Shown here piece after piece: positions 1-10,925 of a stretch of DNA of 64,000 nucleotides; within the stretch, counting starts at the first letter, position 1; every line of letters begins with the position of its first letter. Location of the stretch: the NCBI GenBank assembly GCA_964106915.2, contig OZ066914.1; one strand, given 5' to 3'. A model generated the notes under the pieces. It searched no databases. It worked only from the letters and a program-made list of their open reading frames with translations, and was not told the origin of the DNA. This DNA comes from Podarcis gaigeae. Taxonomy: Eukaryota. The translations under genes and the position numbers were made by a program.

Positions 1-184
1 GGCATTCTGCACCCGCTGGAGTTTCTGGGTCAGTCTCAAGGGCAGCCCCACGTAGAGTGAGTTACAATAATCCAGTCTGGAGGTGACCGTCGCGTGGATC
101 ACAGTGGCTAGGTCAGGGCGAGAGAGATAAGGAGCCAACTGCTTAGCTTGGCGGAGATGAAAAAATGCCGCCTTTGTTATAGCT
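1..184 (-). mobile_element. L2-clade LINE RT fragment (runs off the window edge)
   Basis: Minus strand reads AAFFHLRQAKQLAPYLSRPDLATVIHATVTSRLDYCNSLYVGLPLRLTQKLQRVQNA, homologous to the L2 at 39.6-42.6 kb. Confidence 0.85.
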
Positions 185-701
185 AACACCTAGATCTGCC
201 TTTAGTGGTAGTTTTTTATTGGCAGTTAGTAACTAAATTGTATCTCAATTAATCTCAGCAATAACTAAGTATTTAGAATAATATTTATTAGGTTGGAGTA
301 TTTTTAAAAATTTGCATGATCAATTTGGAACTTTCTCAGATTTGAAGCTGTCATGAAAAAGAATAAAACTGCTATCACATTTGAAATGCTAAACAGGATA
401 TAGTATGGTATCAAACTGGATGAAGGACAGCATTCAAGATTCCTGCAACTGCAGGGGGTTGTACTAGACAACCCTCGGGGTCCCTTCCCTCTCTACAGTT
501 CTATGCGTCTATAAGTGTACACTACTTTTGGACATTCTCTTTCTGACATTTTGCAGTTCAGCTCATTTAGATGGTTCTTTTATTACACCCTCCCCATACA
601 CAACCCTGCTAACTTACTACCTTTAACAGTATGCATTCAAATCAGCAGGGAATACTGCTGAGTAAACTTGCTTAAGCACGCACTGAAATCATGGTGAAAT
701 C

Positions 702-1083
702 TCAGACGAAATTAATGGACTATGCAGAATTGGACAAAATGACAGGAAAGATTCAAAACCTGCGGGACCAGAGATTTACAGAAGATTGGAAGAAGTATAT
801 GAATTATTTGAAGAGCAACTGTAATCAACAAATTACGCTAGTAGGACTACAAGAAGTTTTGTAAGGAGAAATATACGAAGTGTTACCAAGTAGAAAAAGA
901 TAGAGATATTGGTTATGAGTTTGAAATGTAATAGGGAAGATAAGAAATGCATACTGAGAGATTAGATTAGAAAATTTTCAGACAGGATTGATGGAAGTCA
1001 AAAATTTGAATAATATGTAAAAGTATGTTTAATTACTGTTGAAAATGATATGTTAAAAAACCTAATAAAAAATTATATATAAA
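702..1083 (+). mobile_element. 5'-truncated L1-clade LINE 3' end with 17-bp TSD
   Basis: ORF2 C-terminus QTKLMDYAELDKMTGKIQNLRDQRFTEDWKKYMNYL, AATAAA and A-rich tail. TSD GAAATCATGGTGAAATC at 685-701 and 1084-1100. Confidence 0.85.
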
Positions 1084-2736
1084 GAAATCATGGTGAAATC
1101 AGCTTCCACATTTGTGCCCCTTCTCTTTCCTATTTCCCTTTGCACTGGATTCAGTTTCTGGAATACATGCTGACATTGAACACTCTTATCTGATATACTG
1201 TAGTGCAGCCATTTCCTGTTACTGTCCCTCATACTGAAGCTATGTACTTCAAGTACACTAGACTTGAAGCTGCTAGATCATATTTTGATTGACAGTATAC
1301 TTGTTAACCTTGCTGAGTGTGTTTCTGGTCCTGGGTACCACAAACAGGGACAACTGGTCAACATATCTCATAGTAATGTCTACAAGGAAGCATGTTTCCA
1401 AAGAAATATTAGCACCTTGAATATCAAGCTCACAAAACTACTACTGCCTAGGACTTCCCCCCTTTAAGTGCTAATGCATTTCATTTTCTGTTCTGAAGGA
1501 ACATACAAGACAGATGCAGCAAACATTTTAAGGACAAATGCTTACTGCTGCCTCTCACCAACACGGTAGATCTCCCTCTCTCACATAAAACATGTAAATT
1601 ATTTAGTGTTTTGTGATTTTTTTTCTGTATGGCATGCATTCTCAAAAGCAAATCAATAATGCTATAAAGGTTCCTGTTCCTGTATAGCCAACTCATAGAT
1701 CCAATATGGCCTTTCAAAAATTGTGAAATGTAAAATTTAGCAAACATACATGCATTCATTAAAATGGCTGCAGCACGCAATAATTTCTTTTGTAAATAGT
1801 TATGCTTTTTATTTGTACCCCGCAATACCTTTTAGGCTCAGAAAATTGACAGGATTTAGTTACATATAAACATAAACTGCTTAAGTAACATGGCATGTAT
1901 CTCTGGTCAGTCTGCACTGCCATCTTTTCTAAACACAGTGGTTTACACCTATATTAACTTCAGCACCACAATGTTATTATTTAGACCTATTCATATATAA
2001 CAATCCCAGTACTGCTTATCTTTACATGGTTCCTGTTCTGGATATTTTTTTAAGTTGATATACTATATGTCTTTGTATAGAGCAAGGAAGTGTAGCAAAT
2101 AACATTTTTAAAAGGCATGGTACCAAGCCATCTTCCGTCCATGTATTTTATTTTACTTAATTATACAATTAGCAAAGAACCATTTGACCTGGAAAGCCTG
2201 GACGCCTTCAGAAGGCTGAACAAAAGCTTTGTTTTATGGACTGATTGTGTTTCTGATTACCAGCCACAAATACACACACACACACACACACACCCTGCCC
2301 ATCTGACTGGGTTGCCCCAACCTGAATACTAGTCTTTCTCCCCATGAACCCACTTGATCCCTTCAAGTTTAGACCCATGAATTGTGATGGGTCTGCAGTT
2401 TTGTGTAATGGCTTGGTACACTGTGGTGGCTTTCCCAGCTCTCTCCTGTCAGCTGGCCCCAACAAGGTTCTTAGAATTCCATAAATCTGCTCACTTGGCA
2501 GCTTATTATAACATGTTCATGTTGGGCACAGTCTAGTCAGACATAAGCACTCTTAAATCACTTTTACTTCAATGCTCTTTGCAATTAAAGCTGTAAGTTC
2601 TGTAAATAAATACATTCAAATCTTGTTGAACACATGCTTAACTTTCCTTTTGAAATTAACAGAAATTGTGGTTAATTCGGCAGGATCTTTCCCCAGGTGA
2701 ACAGCAGAAGACCCATTAACAGTAACAAAAACATAC

Positions 2737-2874
2737 TTGGCTGCCATTTTATAGCTCTCCATTTCCTTCTTGAGATATTTGTTTTCCCTTTCCAAATGTT
2801 GATTGCAGGTGTATGCATCTGGAACAAATCCAATGTCTTTAGGTTCAAGTATACCTCTCTGCATTAGCTCATAC
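2737..2874 (-). CDS. SPAG16: SPAG16 coding exon 5 (YELMQRGILEPKDIGFVPDAYTCNQHLERENKYLKKEMESYKMAA); gene continues beyond the window start
   Basis: 138 nt, tttcag| acceptor, |gtatgt donor. Overlaps ORF 2616..2864. Matches remembered human YELIQKGVTELRTVGNVPDVYTQIMLLENENKNLKKDLKHYKQAA; phase 2->2. Confidence 0.95.
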
Positions 2875-3139
2875 CTGAAATTAAAATGAAAAGTGTTTCT
2901 TTTTCTCCCTCTCTTCTTGGCCCCAAGGATTAGAAAGATCCATGAGTGGAGTGCCCAGTTGTGGAATGATCAAAATAGAGTTTACTACTTGATGGGAAAG
3001 TTAAACACAGCAGGAGACCCATAGGTTAAAATACAATATACTTCCTCTTTCTAGAAAGCTATTACAATATTGTTGTCATTGCTTTAGAGAATTCAAGGGG
3101 AAAGGGAACACTTAGCAAGAAATGCATTAAAATTAAAAC

Positions 3140-3375
3140 ATGTCACAGTTTGGGGGTGTTCATTGAACCAACACTGTCATTAGAGTCTCAATGCCTCAGT
3201 GGCTCAAAGTTGTTGCTTTTTTATCAGCTTCTGCTGACCATACCTAAATGGAAATAGCTTGGTCACAGTTCACCATAGTCTAGTAACCTCCCTTTTAGTT
3301 TTATTGCAATGTGTTGTACATGAAGTTGCCTTGAAAAATGATACAGAAACTGCAGCTGGTCCAGAATAGGGCTTC
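3140..3375 (+). mobile_element. Degraded L2 fragment
   Basis: Decayed LGV..LSLES...YCNVLYMKLPLKMIQKLQLVQN motif. Confidence 0.6.
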
Positions 3376-3586
3376 TGCTCAAGATGAAGAACTATCCCTT
3401 CTACCAACCAACAGGTTTGGGGCTGCCTTGTTAACCTGCCCTGTAGCAAAGTAGAGCTGCTGTTTACCAGTTATTCCAGGTCATCCATGAAAACTATCAT
3501 CCATGATTTAAGCTAGGATGAGCGGGCTGAACTGGCCTGTGTCACCAAGACCTGAGGAAATGAGCTGGGTAGAATTGATCTTTGTG

Positions 3587-3730
3587 GGTCTGGATAGCTT
3601 AGTTAGAGTGTTAGAGTCTGGTGCTGATAACACCAAGGTTGCAGGTTCAATCCCCATATGGGACAGCTGCATATTCCTGCATTGCAGGGGCTTGGACTAG
3701 AAGATCCTCAGGATCTGACCCAGCTTTCTC
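3587..3730 (+). mobile_element. tRNA-Ile-headed SINE with CR1 3' tail (degraded)
   Basis: GGTGCTGATAACACCAAGGTTGCAGGTTCAATCCCC head followed by ATTCCTGCATTGCAGGGGCTTGGACTAGA tail. Same family as 63450-63604. Confidence 0.7.
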
Positions 3731-4397
3731 TGTCTATATTATCTAGTTCAGAATCAAAAATAGGTGGGAGGGTAAGGGAAGCAAAGATGCTATTTTGCCT
3801 CACCAGGAGATCAGTTCACTCGGGTACTGGGTTTGAGTTTGTACCTTGTGTTGGACCAGAGAGACAGATCACAAATTCCATGGTGTTCCAATCATCCCAC
3901 TGCCCAACAGTCTCCCTTCCTGAATTGGCTGATAGGCCCTCAAGAATGCTGTCCTGTGGGTTTTAAATAACTATGTTAGGAGTGTCTAGGGTTGGGGCAG
4001 GTGGCCACTCTGATAACGATGGGGCTGTCACAAAAATCACTGTCCAACACATTTTGCATCTTGAGCCAATATTTTCAAGCCAATATTTTCAACCAAGTGG
4101 GAGGTTGTTGGTCTGGGATGAGGGGAGGGGCTCTGTAACCCTGTTGTCATGGTCAGACCACTTTTAAATGTTTTTTTAAAAAGGAACACCATGCAAGACT
4201 GAACTAAACCCAACCATGCAAAATACAGGGCAGGAGACACATTTTCCCCTTATACCACTGCTATGTAAAGACTCCTAAACTGGATCCTGAAACAGTTCAC
4301 ACATTCAAGTCTTTGAATCCTAGAAACAGAGAGGTTACTACAAGAGCTCTTAAGATGTCATTTTTTATACTTATAAACAGAGAAATGAGCCCAAGCT

Positions 4398-5105
4398 AAC
4401 AAAATGAATTTCAATAGGGACAGATGCAAGGTGCTGCACTTAGGCAGGAAGAACCAGATGCACAAATATAAGATGGGGGACACCTGGCTTGCCAGTCGTA
4501 CATGTGAAAAGGATCTAGGAGTCTTGGTGGATCACAGGCTTAGCATGAGTCAATAGTGCGGTGCAGCAGCAAAAAACAAACAAAACCCTAATACTCTTCT
4601 CAGCTGCATTAACAGAAATATGCAGATCAAGGGAAGTCAATTTAAAAAGGATATTGAATGTGCAGAGGAGGGTAACCAAGATGATCAAGGGTCTGGAAAC
4701 CAAGCTTTATGAGAAACAGTTGAAGGAGCTGGGTATATTTAGCCTGGAAAGGAGGAGGCTGAGAGATGTGATATACATCTTCAACTATAGTAAGGGTTGT
4801 CACATGGAAGAATGAACAAGGTTGTTTTCTGCTGCTCTTGAGGGTAGGACTCAAAGCAATGGGCTTCACGTTACAAGAAAGGAGATTCCAACTAAACCTC
4901 GGTAAGAACATTCTGACAGTAAGAGCTGTTCAACAGTGGAACAGACTCCCTCAGGAGGTTGTATGTAGACTCTCCATTGGAGGTTTTTAAGCAGTGGCCA
5001 TCAGTCATGGATGCTTTGGTTGGGATTCCTGCATTGTGGGGAATTGGACTAGACCCTTGGGATTGCTTCCAACTTTATGATTCTATTCTATTCTATTCTA
5101 TTATT
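4398..5105 (+). mobile_element. CR1 LINE, 5'-truncated 3' end
   Basis: Decayed RT C-terminus (VQRRVTKMIKGLETKLYEKQLKELGIFSLERRRLR), CR1 3' hairpin region and (ATTCT)n tail. Confidence 0.9.
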
Positions 5106-5588
5106 CAGCTTTCAGAATGAAACAGTAACTTGCTCTTATACATGCTGTGCCTGACCTCCAGATCAAAGTATCAAAAGCTTCAATGACAGGAGATAAAAAT
5201 TAATTAGATTCTGAAGCTGCAGCACCCCCAGCACCCCTCAAAAGTCAGAACAGAACAAATACATAGTTAAAATACACTGAAAAACTTATAAGCATATTAT
5301 TGGGGGGGTTGCATGCTAACTATTTTGTGGAAAATTTTATTTGCTCTTGTTCTAGGCCTGTGTAAGCAGTTACAAGCAGACTACAATTCTGGAAGTAATA
5401 ACAGAGTCAGCCATTGTATTAAAAAAACACAGGGACGGAGCCAGAATTCATTCATCTTTTAAATGAAGCCAGCACCACCACCACAGCAGCAAGTCTAAAA
5501 GTTGAAATCATTTGAAAATAAGTGTGTTCACTTCCTGGTTGAAGCAGGATTTTAAGGCCTGAAGGCCTGTTAAGTTTCTTTAGGGAAG

Positions 5589-5870
5589 GTGGTGTAGCTC
5601 TGGCCATAGGATTTCATCTAAGTGAAAGGAAGCTGAGCTGGTGTACAAAGTGACTAAGAGCTATGAATCAGGAAGTTTCCAGTTTGAAACTAACTTCTAC
5701 CAAGATCTCATGAGGTGGTCTTCTGTAAGCCACGCTCAGCCTCAGTCCTCCCCATCTGCAACATGGGAGATAATACTGATTTTACCATACAAGGTTGTCA
5801 CCAAGACAAAAACTAGAAATACATGTGAAGCGCTCTGGGATCTGGAAAGCAATATGTGAAATAGTTATGA
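5589..5870 (+). mobile_element. MIR/CORE-type SINE (old)
   Basis: CTCAGCCTCAGTCCTCCCCATCTGCAACATGGGAGATAATA...ATGTGAAGCGCT resembles the CORE domain. Confidence 0.6.
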
Positions 5871-8800
5871 TGATTATGAAAAAGCTGACACTCAAAGCAA
5901 CACATCTCCAACAGAGAATGTGCAAAGAACCTGGTGGCTTTGAGTAGTCTCACTTAGTGCACAATTTCTGGAGAAGCAATAATACTGTGGCAAACAGTGG
6001 CAAAGAGAAGCCCTTTCCAGGCTTTCTACTCACTTAAAAATCAATATGCAAGCAGGGAAAGTGAGGAAGAGCATGCTGAACTAGTTCCTGTCTCCATCTC
6101 TATCACCCATCATGAGTTGGTGGATGAACATTTGAGGCTCCTTGTGCAATTTAGACGGGTTCAAAACTGTGTGGCAAAGTTTAGAAGTTTCTCTCCAACT
6201 CATGGTGGGTGATGGGGATGACAACAGGGCACAGAGCTTAGCATGCTTAGCCACCATTCTTGTGCTGGTTTTACACATTTGTAGAATAACTGAAGAGGGC
6301 TTGAGTCTCATAAAACCTCTGACTTTCCCAGAAGGCCCTCACAAAGATTCCACCAAAGGTACAGTAATGTGCAAGGGACTCAGGCGGCAAGGGATGGGCT
6401 GTAGTTTTAGGCTGCCCTTTGCACTGGGTTTCAAGCTGAAGCTGCAGAACACTTGTGATGATTTGATGAGTCCAACCTTTCCTGAAGACTGAATGCAAGG
6501 ACTGAGGATCAGGAGACTAGATAAAGGAACAGAAGAACCAGGACTATTATGGGTTGGGAGAGAAAAGCACAAAGTGGCAGCTGAAAAAAAACTAAGGAAG
6601 TGTGGAGAATAAAACAGGGAAGAGGAACACCATGTATCTTGGAGGAAAAGTGGAATATAAATGTAACAATAAAAAAGGAAGATTCCTTCGTTTAGCACAT
6701 TCCTCAGCCTGTACCTATAGACTCTCAAATGCACTCCTTCCTCTCCTAACCCTTCTATTCCAGCCCGTCTCACAAATACAACATTTCTACACATAACACA
6801 TAGCGCAATCTTGCAAATCTGGTGGCAGCGTGGGCGCCGCCTTCCCTGGGCTCTGCCTTGGCGACCTGATCAGGAGCCTCCTGCCCCTTGGCTCCCTTGC
6901 AGCAGCAGCAGCCTCTGCCACCGAGGGAAACTTAGAGGGCACTTGCCCCCCAAAAGCTCAACAATGCCTATCTATTTTAGGGTTTTGTTGTCTTAAGTTT
7001 GGGTTCAAAAAATAGGGGTTGTCTTATACTTGGGGGAAAATACAGGAAAATCAGGGGGGGAATTATTACATCCAGAAAAATATGGTACTTATACTGAGTA
7101 AGAGTCAGGTAAGAACAGCAGAAGGGGGCTATTGTCCGCATTTGCTGCTTGTGGTGTCTGATGGGCACATGATTCATCACTGTGAGAAAGAGGTTGCTAG
7201 ACTAGGTAGGCGCTTGGCCTGATTTATAAGGGCTGTTCTTGCAGCGTTTATCAACCCTAAGGCATCATTCTTCAGATCTGATGTGACAGGAATTTTGACA
7301 ATCCATAGAAATGGCTGCCTACCCACTCCCGGGGGTGGGCACAGTTGTGGCCCATTGGAGTAGGCCCAAATCCTGGGTAAGCAACACTGGGCAGGGTGGC
7401 TAGCAGTTGGCTGGTGGACTTTCCTGTCAGCCAGGTATTTGAATTTGGGCCAGTCAGGCCTGGCTGGGTAGGCCAGGCTTGGCAGAAGACCGGAGTGGAG
7501 CAGGCTTTGCTTTGGTCCACCCCCATCGACAGAAATGTAAAGCTCAACATTACAACACATAGGTAAATTTCCATGTATAGTCTTAAACAGCAAAATATAG
7601 ATTTGTACAAATGACAAAAAACTGAATTTATTCAATATACCACTCATTTTATAAAGAAAATATTCTAATTGGTTCATACTTTGGTTTTATTCTCCTATTA
7701 AAACAAACTGAAAGTTAAATGATGAAACTTTTATATAAAATTAGATCCTCGAAATACTCAGAATTCTCAAGCTGTGAGATAAACACATTAATTACCCTGC
7801 CTAATTTAATTAAAGATTAATTCTTAAACAGGCTTTCATATCTAAGAGGTCATTTAATAAATGAGCTGAGCTCTTATAGGTGCAAATGAATCAACTTTCT
7901 CAGCATTAATTATTTTCTCATTTTGAATCCCATTAGAGTTTGATCGCAGCATGGATCCACTGTATATTAGCAAGAGAAAGATACTTGTACAAAGAAAAAT
8001 GTGATAAATGTAATTTACTTTCAGTTATTAATGATGTTAATTAACAATGTAAATGCAATTTAAAAACATTCATAAAATACATGTTTAGGGCATCAATTCA
8101 CAAACCATTAAACATGATGCTTTAATACCATAAACACTAATCAAGAAATCACTTGTCTATGTGTGTACCCTCAGACTGTAATCAAAGGAGTCTATTAATT
8201 TACTTACTACATTTATGTCCCACCTTTCCTCTGAAGTGCTCAAGGTGATGTACACAGTTTCCCTCTTCACCATTTTATCCTTGCAAAAACCCATTGAAGT
8301 ACGTTGGGCTGAATGAATATGACTACTAATCCAACATGAGCCAATTAGTTTCCTGGCTGAATGAGGATTTGAACCCTAGTCTCCCAGTTTCTTGTTCAAC
8401 ATTCTAAACATTATTAAAAGATAATAGTCTCATAGAAATACAGAAAAACAAAAGAACTTTTGAAAAACAGAGTATTTCCCCCTCTGTAGAGGAAAAGGTT
8501 TGAATTAAAATTAAACTTTTTTCTGCACTGGGGAGGGGGGAGAAAAATGTGTTTGGCCAGCCCTATGCTTAGGGGTTTTCAAAAGTGCATAGGCATGAGA
8601 ATACAGGACGGCAGCTGCCCCTCTAAATCAAGTAAATAAATAAAAATACTTAACTAACTGACCAATTGTGTCACAGATAACTCCCTTCTGCCCCCAAACA
8701 TAAAGCCTGTCCCCCTAAAATAAATTCTGGATACACCCATGAGCATAGGGCTGGCTGCGCCACCAGGCTCTGTGGTTCCTAAGTACCTGGTAGTCAGTTT

Positions 8801-9068
8801 GCTGTCAAAATACCTTGTGTGGAGCTATAGCCACCTCAACACCAAGGCGAACAATTATTGACAATGTCAAATAGCTCATGCATTGTAAGTCACAGATTAG
8901 CATATGTGTGTCATTCTCAAAGATTTGGGCCACAAAAATAGGTTTCAAAGTGTGGGGAAATATGACTTTAAAAGCTAGGCACAGGGATAGCTGAGTAACA
9001 TTTTCAGTGGTTAGGTGTCAAGCTCTATCTTTTGTCCCTTCCACCCAACAACAAGCTAAAACTGAGTA

Positions 9069-9678
9069 CCGTATTTTTCGCCCTATAGGACGCACTTTTC
9101 CCCTCCAAAAATGGAGGGGAAATGTGTGTGCGTCCTATGGGGCGAATACAGGCTTCAGGAAGCTCTGCGCAACCCTCCGGAGCCCGGCGCCAAGCCGCGC
9201 CGGCCTCTGGAGGGTCACACAGACCTACCTACCCTCCCAGGGTCCGCGCAGCTCTGCGCGACCCTCCGGAGCCCGGCGCCAAGCCGCGCCGGGCTCCAGA
9301 GGGTTGCGCAGAGCTGCCTGCCCTCCCGGGCTCCGCACAGCCCTGTGCGGCCCTCCGGAGCCCGGAGCCCGGAGCCCAGCCACGCCAATTTCCGGAGGGT
9401 TGCGCAGAGCTGCCTGCATTTCAAAGCCTCGGACGTGCTGAAGAGCGCGCCCGGGCTTCACGCAGCTGTCCGCAAGCCTGGACAGACCAGCGCGGCTCCC
9501 TAGGCTTGCGGATAGCAGGCTGTTCTGGGGGCTGGGGTCGGGGAAGCTCAGGCTTCCCCCGCGCCAGCCCCGTGCCTGGGGGGGAAATATTTTTTTTCCC
9601 TTTATTTCCCCCCCACCCCCCAAAAAAAACCTAGGTGCATCCTATAGGGCGGTGCGTCCTATGGGGCGAAAAATATGG
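9069..9678. mobile_element. Non-autonomous Tc1/mariner-superfamily (Tc2/pogo-like) DNA transposon with GC-rich internal hairpin repeats
   Basis: TIRs CCGTATTTTTCGCCCTATAGGACGCAC / GTGCGTCCTATGGGGCGAAAAATATGG, flanked by TA on both sides (9067-68, 9679-80). Confidence 0.85.
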
Positions 9679-10057
9679 TAACTTATGAAAAATAAGCAAA
9701 GAAGCATATATCTGCTTAATTAACATAATTACATTGATTTTAGAATTTAGATCATCCAGACACTTTTTTGATAACAGAGTATACAGTTCTGGGTCTTAAC
9801 CACTTGGTTCAGGATTCAGAACAAATAGGGCGGAAACACTGAAAATTGGCTTGACATTTTAAAAATAATGTTATAGTCTTTGCACTTTAAAAATGTTTGT
9901 GTTTTACTTAGCAGTAAATGAAGTCTGTGTGCAGGCCTAAAACTTGCACTCACATTGGGGAAAGGCCCTATTATGAAAAAATAAAGACAAAAATTAATAC
10001 TTAAGGTTTCCAAAAGTTATAATTTGCCATAAAAACTGTCAGCAAAAAGGCCTAGAT

Positions 10058-10171
10058 GAGGCATAGGCAAACTCGGCCCTCCAGATGTTTTGGGACCACA
10101 ACTCCCATCATCCCTAGCTAATGGGAGTTGTAGTCCCGAAACATCTGGAGGGCCGAGTTTGCCAATGCCTG
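10058..10171. mobile_element. 114-bp palindromic hAT-type MITE
   Basis: Near-perfect inverted arms. 8-bp TSD GCCTAGAT at 10050-10057 and 10172-10179. Half copy at about 30017-30080. Confidence 0.85.
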
Positions 10172-10179
10172 GCCTAGAT

Positions 10180-10735
10180 GGTTCCCGGAAGGAGACAAGA
10201 GAGGCTGAGTGGGAAAATCCTTGGCACCAATTGATGCATTCCCAAGGTGACCGTAGATTTGTTTTTTGCCTACTTCGCAATGACAGAATGCTAGATGGAT
10301 TTCGTCACTTTGGGCAGTTTGGGGGGGGGAGTAATAGTTTGCGTAAGCCTGGTGATGCCCCCTAGGCATCTTTCAGGTGATGAATCGGCCCCAAGGCTCA
10401 CTTTTCAGACTCTGCAGTTCAGAGGGTGACATAGGGGCCTTCTTTGAGACCAAACCCCCTCATCCACCTAGGGTTCTGCAGCCCTGGAGGGGGGTGACAA
10501 GGTAAGGGCTCCCTTCCCACCTTCAGGATGTGGCCCAGGAATCTGGGCAGTCTAGGAAGCCATGCCCTAATTCCTTAGGTAAGGGTGGGTCGCCCAATGG
10601 CTATATACAGTGAACTTAGTTCCTGCCCCATAGCCATTCCCCTCTGCTGATTATAATTTAAGGTTTAAATAAAAGTGGCGCAGTTCAACCTTATTTTACA
10701 TGTCTGCCTCTTTATTTGCCTATCAGGATGCAAAA
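10180..10735 (+). mobile_element. Possible solo LTR
   Basis: GC-moderate body, TATA-like CTATATA, AATAAA and U5-like tail. No clean TG..CA ends or TSD found. Confidence 0.35.
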
Positions 10736-10797
10736 TATGTCATACATATTTATTTCTGCAGGTTTGTAGTTGGAATACTTAAAAAAAAAAGGCATAC

Positions 10798-10925
10798 CAT
10801 TCAGTTTGAAAGCAGTCTAGTGTCCTGTTCATCCCCATTCTAATCAGGAAATTGCAAAGAAAGTCATCTACAACTTCTGGAGTTTCAGACAAGGAATGTT
10901 TAGCAATCTGACCTGGTCGCTGAGC
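10798..10925 (-). CDS. SPAG16: SPAG16 coding exon 4 (AQRPGQIAKHSLSETPEVVDDFLCNFLIRMGMNRTLDCFQTEW)
   Basis: 128 nt, tttctag| acceptor, |gtatgc donor. Matches remembered human PEVIEDFLCNFLIKMGMTRTLDCFQSEW; phase 0->2. Confidence 0.95.

Noticed and set aside
1481-1825. ORF with RMH motif as candidate SPAG16 exon 6
   Set aside because: Does not match the expected KERDFHRMHHKR sequence; exon 6 probably lies outside the window.
7282-7558. Possible TG...CA solo LTR (ORFs 7177-7677)
   Set aside because: No TSD, poly(A) signal or second copy in the window to support it.
9007-9634. Five overlapping 69-170 aa ORFs
   Set aside because: Produced by GC-rich internal repeats of a MITE; no transposase motifs.
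10780-10797. SPAG16 intron 4 donor GTATGCCTTT as a second U12 site
   Set aside because: Deviates from GTATCCTT at +5, and the acceptor at 2875 has an ordinary U2-type pyrimidine-rich tttcag.
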